A DNA stretch of 61,761 nt, filler included, from Squatina squatina (taxonomy: Eukaryota), in assembly GCA_031763465.1 (NCBI GenBank). It is 3 parts of 3 records of this genome, joined end to end, with 100 filler letters (N's around TTAATTAATTAA, not from the genome) between each part and the next. Parts side by side here need not be neighbours in the genome. Positions count along the whole stretch, not along the records: positions 1 to 23,915 come from JARFOE010000194.1; positions 24,016 to 44,734 come from JARFOE010000168.1; 1 more part is not named here. One strand, 5' to 3'. The notes below the pieces were generated by a model. It searched no databases and was not told the origin of the DNA. It saw only the letters and a list, made by a program, of their open reading frames with translations. Within the stretch, counting starts at the first letter, position 1; the number at the start of each line of letters is the position of its first letter. Positions 13,624 to 26,590 of the stretch are shown here, piece by piece. Position numbers and translations under genes: made by a program.

Positions 13624-13713
13624 GAAAATGCTGGAAACATTCAGCAGGACAGGCAGCATTCGTGGAGAGAGAAACAGAGTTAGCGTTTCAGGTCAATGAG
13701 CTTTCATTAGAAC
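13624..13713 (-). mobile_element. Penelope-like terminal repeat with decayed minimal hammerhead motif
   Basis: Minus strand GTT-CTAATGA-AAGCTCATTGACCT-GAAACGCT-AAC followed by the same tail as 13276. Confidence 0.55.
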
Positions 13714-14970
13714 GGAGTTCCATTTGCAACCCCACTGCTATCCTGTGCTTATACAAGCTGTGGAGTCTGCCAGCCACAACGCTGATGCATTTCCTCTATT
13801 ATCTGTTGGGCTACTAGGTGAAGAATGACACCTACAATAAAGAGAAAAACAGATCTTTGAAGAAATGCAGTGAAATAAAATCAAGATGAGTTATCATTTT
13901 CTTATAGATAAAATGTAGAATACTTTGACTTAAAAAAGTATTCGGTCTTGATTTTCCTTGCAGTTCCAGCTACTAGCGTTATTTGAATTTGTGAAAGCTA
14001 ATAACCTTTAGTTTATAAAAGGATTATTGGAATTTTGTCAGAGCTCATTCAACAAAAAAGTACAATGAGATTATTATTGACCATAATAGTACACAGCACT
14101 TTAAGGCATTCTTACCTAGATGGAGCACCATCAACTGCAGATATGTGGCAATTGCACTCGTGAAAAATGACATGGCCCCTGTGGAGCTGATGGCACAGGC
14201 TCTTTGTCACATATAATTTCTCTTTCCACCACTCCAGCTTTGAAAGATTGGCTATTCTTGACGTAGATGATGGAATCGTGCCTCTGTGACAGTCCAGATA
14301 AATTTGTTATCTTCCATTTGAATGTGTGTATTGAACATGAAAGATTAGCGTTCAGATGGAGAAAAGCAAACTCTCCATGAGATAGACTAACAGAAGAATG
14401 TGTGTATTTTAAGGTATTATAGGAAGCACTGACATTTTTGTGCCGTAGTTACTCCCGTGCAGCAATTTCACCCTCAATCCCACCTCATATTGCATCTAAT
14501 AGTGTCGAGCTCTCTTCTTTCTCCACCCTCCATGATAGCTTTCTCTTATCTTCAACCAGCTCCACTTCCCTCCCCTGCTCTTGCCTTACCTCTCGCCCAT
14601 CCTCCANNNNNNNNNNNNNNNNNNNNNNNNNNNNNNNNNNNNNNNNNNNNNNNNNNNNNNNNNNNNNNNNNNNNNNNNNNNNNNNNNNNNNNNNNNNNNN
14701 NNNNNNNNNNNNNNNNNNNNNNNNNNNNNNNNNNNNNNNNNNNNNNNNNNNNNNNNNNNNNNNNNNNNNNNNNNNNNNNNNNNNNNNNNNNNNNNNNNNN
14801 NNNNNNNNNNNNNNNNNNNNNNNNNNNNNNNNNNNNNNNNNNNNNNNNNNNNNNNNNNNNNNNNNNNNNNNNNNNNNNNNNNNNNNNNNNNNNNNNNNNN
14901 NNNNNNNNNNNNNNNNNNNNNNNNNNNNNNNNNNNNNNNNNNNNNNNNNNNNNNNNNNNNNNNNNNNNNN

Positions 14971-15336
14971 AAGGCATCGACTCTTTTCTGGGATACAGTT
15001 CCATAGCTGCCACTGCCCTATGGTACCTTGTCCAACTTTGCATTCTTCACATGCAAACCTGGACAGTGAGTGTTGGAGGCTGTTGAATCATTGAGTATGA
15101 CAGCAAAGACCAATCCTGTCCTCATCAGACATATATACTGTGCAGCAGGGGTAACTGGATAATGGGCAAGAACAGGAACTCTGCATATTTTGTTTCCTCT
15201 CATTAGCTGAGGCAAATTGTAACACCTCTATTGCTACTCAATCATCCTATTTAGCACAAACTTGAAACCTTCCTGCTCTGTGTGGCTAAGTTCCACACTA
15301 GACAACACAATTAGCAACTGAGTGACCAGGGTGGCT
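14971..15336 (-). repeat. Old interspersed repeat, probably a SINE
   Basis: Diverged similarity to 26590-26900 and 55000-55140 (ACTGG..A..GA.CAGGA...CCTG.CTGATT...CTCA motif string). Confidence 0.4.
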
Positions 15337-18300
15337 TGAGTGCATTTTTATGATTTAAGTGTGCAGGTTCCTGATCATTTGACTAAAGTTACTCACAGGA
15401 ACTGATAAGAGCTCGGACCAGCTCATAGATTCATTTATTATACAATTAAACCTGGTCTAGTGTTTCAGACACTCTTTGAAAAGCATTTACTGACCTTTAA
15501 TGCTCATCAGTCTTTCACTCACATTTACAGCAGTTGCAAGTGTTGCATCTCTGAAGAGTGGAGGCTGGCCAATTTGCTGTTAAGTTGTTTTTTTCCGAAG
15601 TAATTTGATCTTCAAGCACACAATGATTTCTGTTTAATTGTGTTACTGGGCTTCATTTATTATCTTGTGGTTTTTCTAATGGAGCTTCTTTCTTCTGATT
15701 TGAAGAATTATGTTATGAGACTACTCAACCAACAGAGACAATAATGCATTTTACTGACAATCTGATTTTAGTTGATGTATTACCTATTCTAACGTGTTAC
15801 TAAGCATTAGTTATCAATGGCCATCTCAGTCAGTCTCTGGTAGACATGCAGTGGACCTTTCAGTAATTCCTTTCAAGGCTCACTAAATATACCAATTCAG
15901 AGAATAGACTGTGTAAACCAAATGTGCTACAGTGCAGCTTCCTGCATGTCTGTCAATGATGACCAANNNNNNNNNNNNNNNNNNNNNNNNNNNNNNNNNN
16001 NNNNNNNNNNNNNNNNNNNNNNNNNNNNNNNNNNNNNNNNNNNNNNNNNNNNNNNNNNNNNNNNNNTTATAGTGCAGTCAGTTCACAGCAATTACTGTTG
16101 CGTTGGAAGGCAGCAGCTGAGAATGGCCAGTGAAAAATGTATTTCTCTTACCATCCAGGGTAGGGGGGGAGCCTTCAGCACTCTCATCCCTTCAGGGATA
16201 TCTGAATTAACATTTACCAGTAGCTTTTCAAGTAGAACAGAACCTCCATCGATCTGTCAGCTGATGCAATGAACATGTTCTTATTTTGATTTGTTTTTCA
16301 TGCTGTCAAATAATCAGCTGGAGCAGTGGCCACAGAACTCCCGCATCAGGTTGATCGAGCTGTGTGAATCCTGTGGCCATGCAGGGAAATTTAAAAAGTA
16401 AGCGGAAAAAGGCTCTTAAGTGCCTGTAACGATCTGATAATCATCTCAGTTGGGTCCCTTGCTGCTGCCAGTCGGGTCGGCTCCATGATGACAGACCCAC
16501 CTGGGAGCGAGAGGACAGCGGGTTACCACCCCACTATCAAAAATAACATCTTTCCCACCCGCCCCACCACAGATCGCGCCCGGAAAATTCAGCCTTTGGT
16601 ATCTTTAACCTTCTGAGTCTAGATTTCCTGTATAATAGATGCAGGCGCAAGTTAAGTTACCTTGTGCTAGGTAGTTCTTAGGAACATTTGTATTCAATGT
16701 AATTTCATTTAATACCATATTAACCTTTGACGATTAGCAGGATTCCTTCTGCAATCATAGCAGATCATTTTTATATGATACGTTGCTCCAACACCCTGAA
16801 CATTCTCAGTGACTATTATAATGGTGAATGAATCTTTAATGTCGTACAGCTCCTATTTATTGAAAAAACTGAGTTATCTGTGAGCAAGTGTCAGCGAATA
16901 TTTTATTATTCTAAAGACTCTTGGCTTCAAAACCAAACATTTTCACAAGCCAGTGACTTTTTGTTTTAATGAGTTCTCCTAAAATAAATAAAACATACAT
17001 TACTGGGTTGTGCTGCTTAAATTGTGCAGCTATCTATTTCACATGCTTTTCTTAAGATATACACCATGGTAAACTATGAAATGCTCACAATTACCATTAG
17101 TATCAAACTGCCACAAAAGTTAGCTGGGTGGATAAAATGCACCTTCAAGCAGATTGTCATAGAACATCGCTCCTGGCTCTGTGCTANNNNNNNNNNNNNN
17201 NNNNNNNNNNNNNNNNNNNNNNNNNNNNNNNNNNNNNNNNNNNNNNNNNNNNNNNNNNNNNNNNNNNNNNNNNNNNNNNNNNNNNNATGGTTTTCAGCAG
17301 GTACATAAAAATGCTTCCGACATGACCTGTTGAGGGTTAAATGGGTAAAGTGCTGGGTGATGAAAAGCATCAGAAGAGACTGAAGACAATCAGAAAGAAG
17401 TACTGAACTGTATACAGTAGATATATTGTTAGCCGCACACTTTTCCAGTACACGTTAAATGACAGAGCAGATTGATCCAAATAATACAAAGCCAATGGTT
17501 AGCTGGAGCAAACTATGTGTAAAAGAGGACTCTTTGTGATGTACTGTGTGTAGTTGCCCTCTGAGACCTTTTCCTGATTAATACAGCAGAGGGCACAAAT
17601 ATCATTTGTTGTTTACTTTTAATAAGAGGTCACCATATTGGCAAATTGAATATACTTCTTTTCAAGTCTCATTTGTTACAGGCCCTGCACAGCTTACGCA
17701 ACAAATTATAATTGACAGTACTGCACACTTGTAAACAGAGCTGACTACATAATTGTAGAAAAAAATTGCTCTTGAATTGTAAACTGTGTGGCATATTGAA
17801 TTAGAGAGCTTTTCTTAAAAAAAAATGGACTCCAGTCTTCCACCTCCCCACCCCACAGCAACATTCAAGATTGTGCCATTTATCTAAAGAGCAGAAGGCT
17901 AGTATTCCATAGAGAAAAAGGGAAAGGTCAGATTTCTGAATCAGTCTGCATCAATCTTGATGCGACCTGTACCTGTGAACCCCCATGGTCTCGGAGTGTT
18001 GCTATGGGCTCCCTCTGAATTATAGGTTTCCCCTTGCACCCTTTCTATTTGGCGTGCCGAACAACCAATTGAGAGAATTAGATGTTTAGCCCCCCAAAAA
18101 GGAGAGGATTTCCTCAATTTGCACTACGCTGTGGAGCTTAACGCCTTACAATTCCAATCCAGTGATATATTAAGCAATCTGGCACTGGTACATTAAATTC
18201 TAATAACATGCTGTCATGATAGACACCCGGTCACTGGAAATCTTATTGTGCAAAAATCCTTTGGGAGAAGCCTACATTAAGGTTTAGTCTGGTGAATGTT

Positions 18301-20760
18301 TAGTTGAGTTGAATTGAATGAGAGTATTTGTGACAGTGGAACAATCGTACAGCAGTGAAAGAGATGAAACGGGCAAGAGACTGCTTTACAAGCTAATTAC
18401 TATTTATTATCATGTTTAATTACTGAGGTGTTGGACATATATGAAAAACAGCATTCAGCCTTTAATCCTTTAGCATATTTATCCAATCACAGTGTTGTTG
18501 GCTGGTCTAGATTATAATATAAAGGACTACGCTAAATAGTTAGATATTTGAGGAATTTTTTTTGCATGCTGACTTTGGAACTTCTACTAGAATAAAACAT
18601 CAAAAATCTCTCAAGTATTTCCATTAAGACGAAAGAAAATAGTGTTTCAGTGAGAAAAGGGTCATTTCAATCCAGCTGCAGTCACTGCCTTCTCNNNNNN
18701 NNNNNNNNNNNNNNNNNNNNNNNNNNNNNNNNNNNNNNNNNNNNNNNNNNNNNNNNNNNNNNNNNNNNNNNNNNNNNNNNNNNNNNNNNNNNNNNNNNNN
18801 NNNNNNNNNNNNNNNNNNNNNNNNNNNNNNNNNNNNNNNNNNNNNNNNNNNNNNNNNNNNNNNNNNNNNNNNNNNNNNNNNNNNNNNNNNNNNNNNNNNN
18901 NNNNNNNNNNNNNNNNNNNNNNNNNNNNNNNNNNNNNNNNNNNNNNNNNNNNNNNNNNNNNNNNNNNNNNNNNNNNNNNNNNNNNNNNNNNNNNNNNNNN
19001 NNNNNNNNNNNNNNNNNNNNNNNNNNNNNNNNNNNNNNNNNNNNNNNNNNNNNNNNNNNNNNNNNNNNNNNNNNNNNNNNNNNNNNNNNNNNNNNNNNNN
19101 NNNNNNNNNNNNNNNNNNNNNNNNNNNNNNNNNNNNNNNNNNNNNNNNNNNNNNNNNNNNNNNNNNNNNNNNNNNNNNNNNNNNNNNNNNNNNNNNNNNN
19201 NNNNNNNNNNNNNNNNNNNNNNNNNNNNNNNNNNNNNNNNNNNNNNNNNNNNNNNNNNNNNNNNNNNNNNNNNNNNNNNNNNNNNNNNNNNNNNNNNNNN
19301 NNNNNNNNNNNNNNNNNNNNNNNNNNNNNNNNNNNNNNNNNNNNNNNNNNNNNNNNNNNNNNNNNNNNNNNNNNNNNNNNNNNNNNNNNNNNNNNNNNNN
19401 NNNNNNNNNNNNNNNNNNNNNNNNNNNNNNNNNNNNNNNNNNNNNNNNNNNNNNNNNNNNNNNNNNNNNNNNNNNNNNNNNNNNNNNNNNNNNNNNNNNN
19501 NNNNNNNNNNNNNNNNNNNNNNNNNNNNNNNNNNNNNNNNNNNNNNNNNNNNNNNNNNNNNNNNNNNNNNNNNNNNNNNNNNNNNNNNNNNNNNNNNNNN
19601 NNNNNNNNNNNNNNNNNNNNNNNNNNNNNNNNNNNNNNNNNNNNNNNNNNNNNNNNNNNNNNNNNNNNNNNNNNNNTCGGTGGATGTTGCCAATGAGATT
19701 TTAGACACTGATCGATTGTCGCCAGATTTTGTATGTCCAGTCGAGAAGATAAATACCTTGGAAAAATAGCAAATGCAAAAAGGCAATAGAGAGAGAAAAA
19801 AACACAAATGGAAGATACTGAGGGGGAAGTAAATGATTAAAATTACTCGAAGCTGTCCATAAACCATAGACAGAGAATCTGCTTTAACTGAAATAGCTGC
19901 AGTGGATGCAGTCAGTGTCATACCAGTTAAAGAGTAAATACCTATACCTCATTTTGGCTCTTATTAACGATTTGAAAAATCACTTTACTTCACCTTTTTT
20001 GCTGTTGTTTTGTTCATGCCATTTTTCTTTACCACTTTGTTCTTGGTTTGTCTTTTTCTCTTTTTCCTATAGTTACAAATGGACCTCTTTATTCTCCCCC
20101 AATATCTAGGACTTTTATTTTTGTGGAACTTTTATGCTGTGTTCTGTTTTGATTTGAAATTTGCACTACATTACTCTACCAACATTCACTTCAAAAACTT
20201 ACCCAGTACCTCAAAAAATAATGGAGCAATCCTTCAGCATTTGCATCCAAACTTATCTGGAGTACGATGCCTATGATGCAATTAGGATCCCCTTTCATGG
20301 AATTTCTGATGAATACAGTTTAAGAATATTGGCAGCCACATATTCCTTTTCTCATTTCTATTATTTATTTAGTTCTCTGCTTCACTTTCTATTTTTATTC
20401 ATTGCAAAGACTCAAAATAAAAGAGAAATGAGATGTTTTGTCTTTTTTTTAAGTGCTCTGAGATACTGTCGCTGTGAGCTACAGAAATGTAAGTTATTAA
20501 AACCATGCACAGCAGGCGATGAATAATGGATCTGATGCACTGTTTGTTGTATTGAAGTGTGATTAGGAAATATTCCTATAATATTTCCTGCTGCATGCTT
20601 TGAAAACCTGTATATTTCAGGTGTTTCATTAAATATGGGGTCTGCAGTGAATTATTCTACCTGTCTCAGGAATTCCAAGCCGTGAGAAATTATTTGATAG
20701 AATTTTTATGCTCCATCATTCCTCCTGAGATTAGTTTTTTTATTCTGGTATCTCATGAGC

Positions 20761-20906
20761 ACATAAGAATTAGGAGCAGGAGTCGGCCATTCAGCCCCTC
20801 GAGCCTGCTCCGCCATTCAATAAGACCATGGTTGATCATCGGCCTGAACTCCACTTTCCCGCCCGATCCCCATATCCCTTGGTTTCGCTAGAGTCCAGAA
20901 ATCTAT
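20761..20906 (-). mobile_element. CR1 LINE 3' end
   Basis: ATAAGAATTAGGAGCAGGAGTCGGCCATTCAGCCCCTCGAGCCTGCTCCGCC; shorter copies at ~43884-43935 and ~52370-52403. Confidence 0.75.
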
Positions 20907-21006
20907 NNNNNNNNNNNNNNNNNNNNNNNNNNNNNNNNNNNNNNNNNNNNNNNNNNNNNNNNNNNNNNNNNNNNNNNNNNNNNNNNNNNNNNNNNNNNNN
21001 NNNNNN

Positions 21007-21339
21007 AAACCTACCCCTTTAAATAGCGCCAAATATCAAGGGAGGGTGTGTGGTACCGCCCAAAAAAAACGGGCAGCGTCACCACTACTTTTAAAGTTTT
21101 TAAACGGAAGCGAATTCCTAGCCGGCAGCCATTTTGGGCACTGCACCTTTTGATGATGTCACGGGCAACATCCAACACCTGCCGCCAAGTTTCTAGTGCT
21201 GCAGGAGCCCATTTAGCGCCTGCGCTGGCCCACTGCCAATTCTTCAGCGGACCCCATTAGTGCCCAAAACGGGAGGTAGACCCCTAGCGCCCGTTTAACG
21301 CTCATTTAGCGCTAGCGCTGAGGGGCCAATTGGGCGCCC
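21007..21339. mobile_element. GC/CpG-rich DNA transposon right end (GGGCRCCCAATTGG family)
   Basis: Ends CCAATTGGGCGCCC, the reverse complement of the terminus seen at 3357, 24385 and 56355. Confidence 0.6.
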
Positions 21340-23126
21340 CAGGAATTTTCATCATTTTTAGTGGCACAAACTTGTACTTTTGTTGATAGCTGAGTGGGTG
21401 ACGATGGGTTTCCATTGTTTCCACATCGGATTGCAATGTGCTTGGAAGTCCCTCTTAAGATTAGGAACACATGCAGAATGTATGGTATAAATTGAGTATT
21501 TGTCTTACAGCTAATGGAAAGAGTGCTGCTTTTTATGAACCTGAGAATAATGCATTTTTATGATTAATATATTATGTAAAATGTCAGGGTTACTTGTACT
21601 ATGTATTATGTAGCAACCATTTTGTGACATGTGTCTTGTTAAATTTATTGTTTGTTAAAAATAGTCAACTACCAAATTTTTTCCCAGAAATGTAATAAAA
21701 TGCTAAGCGGACCTACGAAGATACAAATTACACTTAATGTTTGTGTGTCTGGTTACCAATATAACCACTAACTTGAGCCATCTCAATTGGCAGTTTGTAA
21801 TACAATTACACATTAGTGTATGTTTTTGTTATTGAGCTGGACTCTAACTTGCATGCAATGTTTCTTCTCTGTAACTGTTATACATTAAAATGTGAATTTG
21901 GCAGCCATCAGTTTTCCAGTGTTTGTACATCAAAATATATCGTGGGCCTTTGTTAGAGGTGATCAGCTACTCTTCAGGATTACCTCAGTGGTGCCCAAAC
22001 TTTTTAGGGGGTATATTTTAACATTTGGGTGGGCGATCGAGCCCAGCTGTTACTGCTACCAGGAGGGCTGAGCCCTTTCGAGTGTCTCATTTCCATGCTA
22101 TGGGTGAGTTGCATGCCCTCTAATGCCATGTGGACCCATATGTAGGTCCGGGGGCATGGAGTTGAAGCAGAGAGTCTCTGCCCATCCTGGCTCCACAAAA
22201 ATAAAACCCAGAAACTTTTAAAGTGGCCAGCAGTGGTTACTTTGAAGATAGCTGGTTACGCCGCTCAACGCCAGGACGCTAATTGTAATTGGGGTCCTTA
22301 CCAGGACATACGACCCTGATTTGCATAGTAAAGAGTCCTACCGCCTGCAATGGGAAGGCGTTCCACTGTCTATGGAAATACTGCTTTAAGTTGCCGCATC
22401 GGCACTCACAGAGCAGTAAGGCTACCAACTCCATTTTGAAAGTCTTACTAGCCCGTTGAGGCTAATTCCGGCTAGTTATAGTCAGCCCTGGTGTCTTTGC
22501 GGAGCACTTGGCCGTGTATCCTCGAACAGATGTAAGTAATAATCACAACACAAAATATTGGGTCTGATTTTCAGTTTCAGTGATGANNNNNNNNNNNNNN
22601 NNNNNNNNNNNNNNNNNNNNNNNNNNNNNNNNNNNNNNNNNNNNNNNNNNNNNNNNNNNNNNNNNNNNNNNNNNNNNNNNNNNNNNNNNNNNNNNNNNNN
22701 NNNNNNNNNNNNNNNNNNNNNNNNNNNNNNNNNNNNNNNNNNNNNNNNNNNNNNNNNNNNNNNNNNNNNNNNNNNNNNNNNNNNNNNNNNNNNNNNNNNN
22801 NNNNNNNNNNNNNNNNNNNNNNNNNNNNNNNNNNNNNNNNNNNNNNNNNNNNNNNNNNNNNNNNNNNNNNTGAAACAATAATGAAAAAGATGATGAGAAT
22901 TAATTTCTGATTAATGCTCGCCAGCACTACTTTAGACACGAGACGAGGCACACTGTTGCAGCAGTGCCACATTGCATTAATCACAAACTAATACATTTAT
23001 TTTTGTTATGTAATACTTTGAATCATCTGAATTAAACGTGCCAAGAATTGTTCCATCAGTGTAAGACGCTCAGTCTAGTATTCAAAGTCTTCATCTTATT
23101 CATGTTTCAACCTAAANNNNNNNNNN

Positions 23127-23915
23127 TGTCATTAACATTTACTCTTCCAGCCCATGGACTTTGGCGCAAACAATATGGCAAGCCTGCCAGCATTCATTGT
23201 TGAAAGTGGCGCCAAGTGTTTGTGTGTCTGACCCCTCCTGCTGGAGGCCAGGTGACCAGCTCGCGCTCTCTGTGTTCGGGGACTGTTGACTGTTTCAAGA
23301 ACCGGCAGACTTGGCGCGGCCGTGCGCAGAACTCGCTCAACACAACAACCTCCTCCAAGTTCCTTTGATGTGCCTCATTTTATATTAATAATTGATTGAA
23401 GCACAAGCAGTGATTTTATTCGCATTTCTTTCGGGGGTTTGTGATATATAATTCACGATTAGCGATGGGAAGAAGAACAAAATAAAACACTTGCTGATTT
23501 TATTGAAAAATATTCGACACCCATAAACATCTTTTCAACCCATCTGTATATTAAGACAATTAAAGAAAAAAAATATCTTTATTCTTTAACCTGTAACCTG
23601 ACACAAAGTATCTTCTTACTGCACATGCTCACTCTCATTTCCAAGGGTATGTGCTCCGGCAGTGAACTGTTGCCAGGGAACGATGTGGTTGGTGTAGGAG
23701 GCTCGCCGCGGTAGCTTTCAGACCAACTGGACCATTAATCTATTGAACACAATTGCTGGTAAATATTATATATTCCTTGCCTTGGCGTGGGTTGTACAGA
23801 AGCTGTATATAATCATGTACTGTAGATGGGACTGGCGCTCGGTGCGGCTCAGAAGGGGCAGTGCGAGCTCACTAGTGGCTGGCTGTGCGTTCACTGGATC
23901 GCGTTGAGGCAGAAG
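23127..23915. promoter_or_regulatory. CpG-enriched non-repetitive segment, putative promoter or enhancer
   Basis: Visibly more CpG than its flanks. Three TGGCGC E2F-like motifs (TTTGGCGC at ~23160), TCF/LEF-like CCTTTGATG (~23362), RFX X-box-like GTTGCCAGGGAAC (~23669). Confidence 0.4.
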
Positions 23916-23959
23916 NNNNNNNNNNNNNNNNNNNNNNNNNNNNNNNNNNNNNNNNNNNN

Positions 23960-23971
23960 TTAATTAATTAA
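23960..23971. other. Artificial contig-join linker TTAATTAATTAA inside a 100-bp N spacer
   Basis: Palindromic all-frame stop linker centred in Ns, identical to the one at 44779; an assembly artefact. Confidence 0.95.
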
Positions 23972-24384
23972 NNNNNNNNNNNNNNNNNNNNNNNNNNNNN
24001 NNNNNNNNNNNNNNNTGAAAGAATCACATTCAAGATGACGCATTTCTTGTAGTTTCCAGGCAACTGTGCCATAAATTATAGGTCAAGCTCAGTACATTGC
24101 CAGCTCAGCCATTTATAGTGCAGCAACACTGAGGCAAATATACAATTGTGTACAAAGTCAGACTGCATTAGTAACACACAAGTAAGATCTGATTACAATC
24201 AGTCAGTCAGTCAAGTCTGTGCGTGAGCAGCAACCAAGACAAACTTAATATAACCTTTTATTGCCTGATGTACTGTACCATTATTTTGTGGTAGAATCAC
24301 AAACCATTTGCCAAATAAAATGTTCCCAATGGCAAAACCAAGAACAGGACTTCACTGTGTTGGTAATTGTGGGAAAAAACCTGG

Positions 24385-24522
24385 GGGGCCCAATTGGTCT
24401 GCCCTACATTTGAAATGTTAGGGGTCCAAAAGGCCTGTTTTTCGCGCCCATTTTGCACTGATGCGTTAATTCGCGGTAATTGCCTCTTTAAAATTTGTTT
24501 TCGGGCGGCCTAGAAAATAGTC
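24385..24522 (+). mobile_element. DNA transposon left end (GGGCRCCCAATTGG family), copy 2
   Basis: GGGGCCCAATTGGTCTGCCCTACATTTGAAA matches the 3357 copy. Confidence 0.65.
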
Positions 24523-26322
24523 NNNNNNNNNNNNNNNNNNNNNNNNNNNNNNNNNNNNNNNNNNNNNNNNNNNNNNNNNNNNNNNNNNNNNNNNNNNNNN
24601 NNNNNNNNNNNNNNNNNNNNNNCCAAATAATCTGTTGCTGTTATGTTGATTGAGGGACAAATATTGGCCAGAACACTGGAGATAACCCATGTAAAAAAAT
24701 GTCTATTTTCGTCTTATTATTTTGGACAAAACATTAAATAATCCTTGACCGTGCTCCCAACAGAAATTTAAACAAAACACAGGAGATTCTCAAAGATTTT
24801 ACATGTCATCTTAGGAAAATGTTAATTTTCTTTTGCTGAAGCACATCCTGCTTTGTGATTGAATACTTGAAACGTATGCTTCCTGAGCAGGACTCCCTGT
24901 CCGGGTCTTTGGTTCATTACAGCAATTCCCACTCTTAGCAACACACACAGTACTCAGAATGACTTCACTTTTAATAATTGGTCTCACAAGGACCCAAAAA
25001 TGTCGCAAAGCTGCGTGACGCTTCCAGGTGTGATGATCTTGCAAAAATAACAATCTTTTCCATTATGCTTTTAATTAAATGGTGTTGATTTGCAATCCCA
25101 GTGTAACCTTTCAATCCAATGCATCATATTAACTGAACAACTTGAATATGAAACGTATACCAGTTATTTGGATTAAGAATAGGAATAGTGCTTTATTGAT
25201 TCATCCCCTCCCCATTGTCACCTTGCATCATTTTTACAAACTTTTTTTTTCCGACAAAGCAATGCTCCGTTGAAGGCAAACAGGGCAACCTGATCTCAGA
25301 TCTCTGCCAGTGTTCCTCTGTAACCAATTTGGCATGCATGACAGCAGCACAGGACACCTTGTGCATCTGTTCTCCTCTATTCACACATTACTCCTGACTG
25401 AGATCCGGAATTTTGCACCCAGAGAATCACAAGCACAGATCCCTGCCCTACCATTTCATAATTTAATAGATTTGGAGACTAACAAGCTGTGCAGCTCAGA
25501 TGACCCAAAAGTGTGTTCAATTAAAATAAAATTTACTTCCTTTGCATCCCAGCACCCGTCCAGCACAAATGAGATAATGACACTAATTTCACAACTTGCA
25601 GGTTAGCAAAAATTAGCCATGAGACAGTGCATTAATGGTTAAATGTTTGAGTAAAGGAAATCTATATCACACATGCTGCAGAGAGGATGCAATTTCCAAG
25701 AACTGACACTTTTTGCAGTCACAATGTAGATTTACAAACTTTCCAGTTATTAATTCTGGCAGACTGCAAGATCAATACATCATCATGATATACATACTGA
25801 CATGTTCATTATAATAGCGCGAGTTATCATGAGCTTTAAGAATTTCCACTTGATTATTGATCAATAGATACAAACATTCACAGGGACATATGCACACTTT
25901 ATACACTTGTAACTCCGTATATTAATGTACAATCTTTCTTTTCTGTTGCAGGTGTTCTAATAAGAATTAAATTGTTCCATTTGTCAAACAAACATATGCA
26001 GCACAAGATTACTAGATATTCACTCAATAAGATGTCTTTATTTAAAACAATTACATTTTAATCAGTGAAGAATGTAGATGGAAATAGAGATACATCATCA
26101 GGACTTCAACTATTGCCTTTGAACATCTGATGTTCAGTAAACTTGAAAAGGGGCAGAGTTAATCTCTTCAAGAAATGGAGTAACTTTAAGTAACGTGACT
26201 TGATAGCATCTGTCTGCTTACTNNNNNNNNNNNNNNNNNNNNNNNNNNNNNNNNNNNNNNNNNNNNNNNNNNNNNNNNNNNNNNNNNNNNNNNNNNNNNN
26301 NNNNNNNNNNNNNNNNNNNNNN

Positions 26323-26590
26323 GGTGGATGTAAAAATTCTTATGGTACAATTTTGAAGAGCAGAGGAGTTATCCCAATATCATAGCCAATATTTATCCCT
26401 CAACCAACATCAGTAAAACAGATTATCTGGTCATTATCACATTGCTGTGTGTGGGAGCTTGCTGTGTGCAAATTGGCTGCCGCATTTCCTACACTAAAAC
26501 AGTACTTCAAAAAGTACTTCATTGACTGTAAAGCACTTTGGGACGTCTGGTGGTCACGAAAGGTGCTTATGCAAATGAAAGTCTTTCTTC
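26323..26590 (+). mobile_element. DeuSINE 3' half
   Basis: Matches the reverse complement of 9866-10110. Other fragments at 24623-24688, 28676-28774 and 45973-46081 (all minus). Confidence 0.8.

Noticed and set aside
15105-15132. Minus-strand CTGATGAG-GAC...GTC resembling a hammerhead
   Set aside because: No GAAA after stem II; it lies in an old SINE-like repeat.
23960-23971. Perfect palindrome TTAATTAATTAA occurring twice
   Set aside because: Synthetic assembly linker, not biology.
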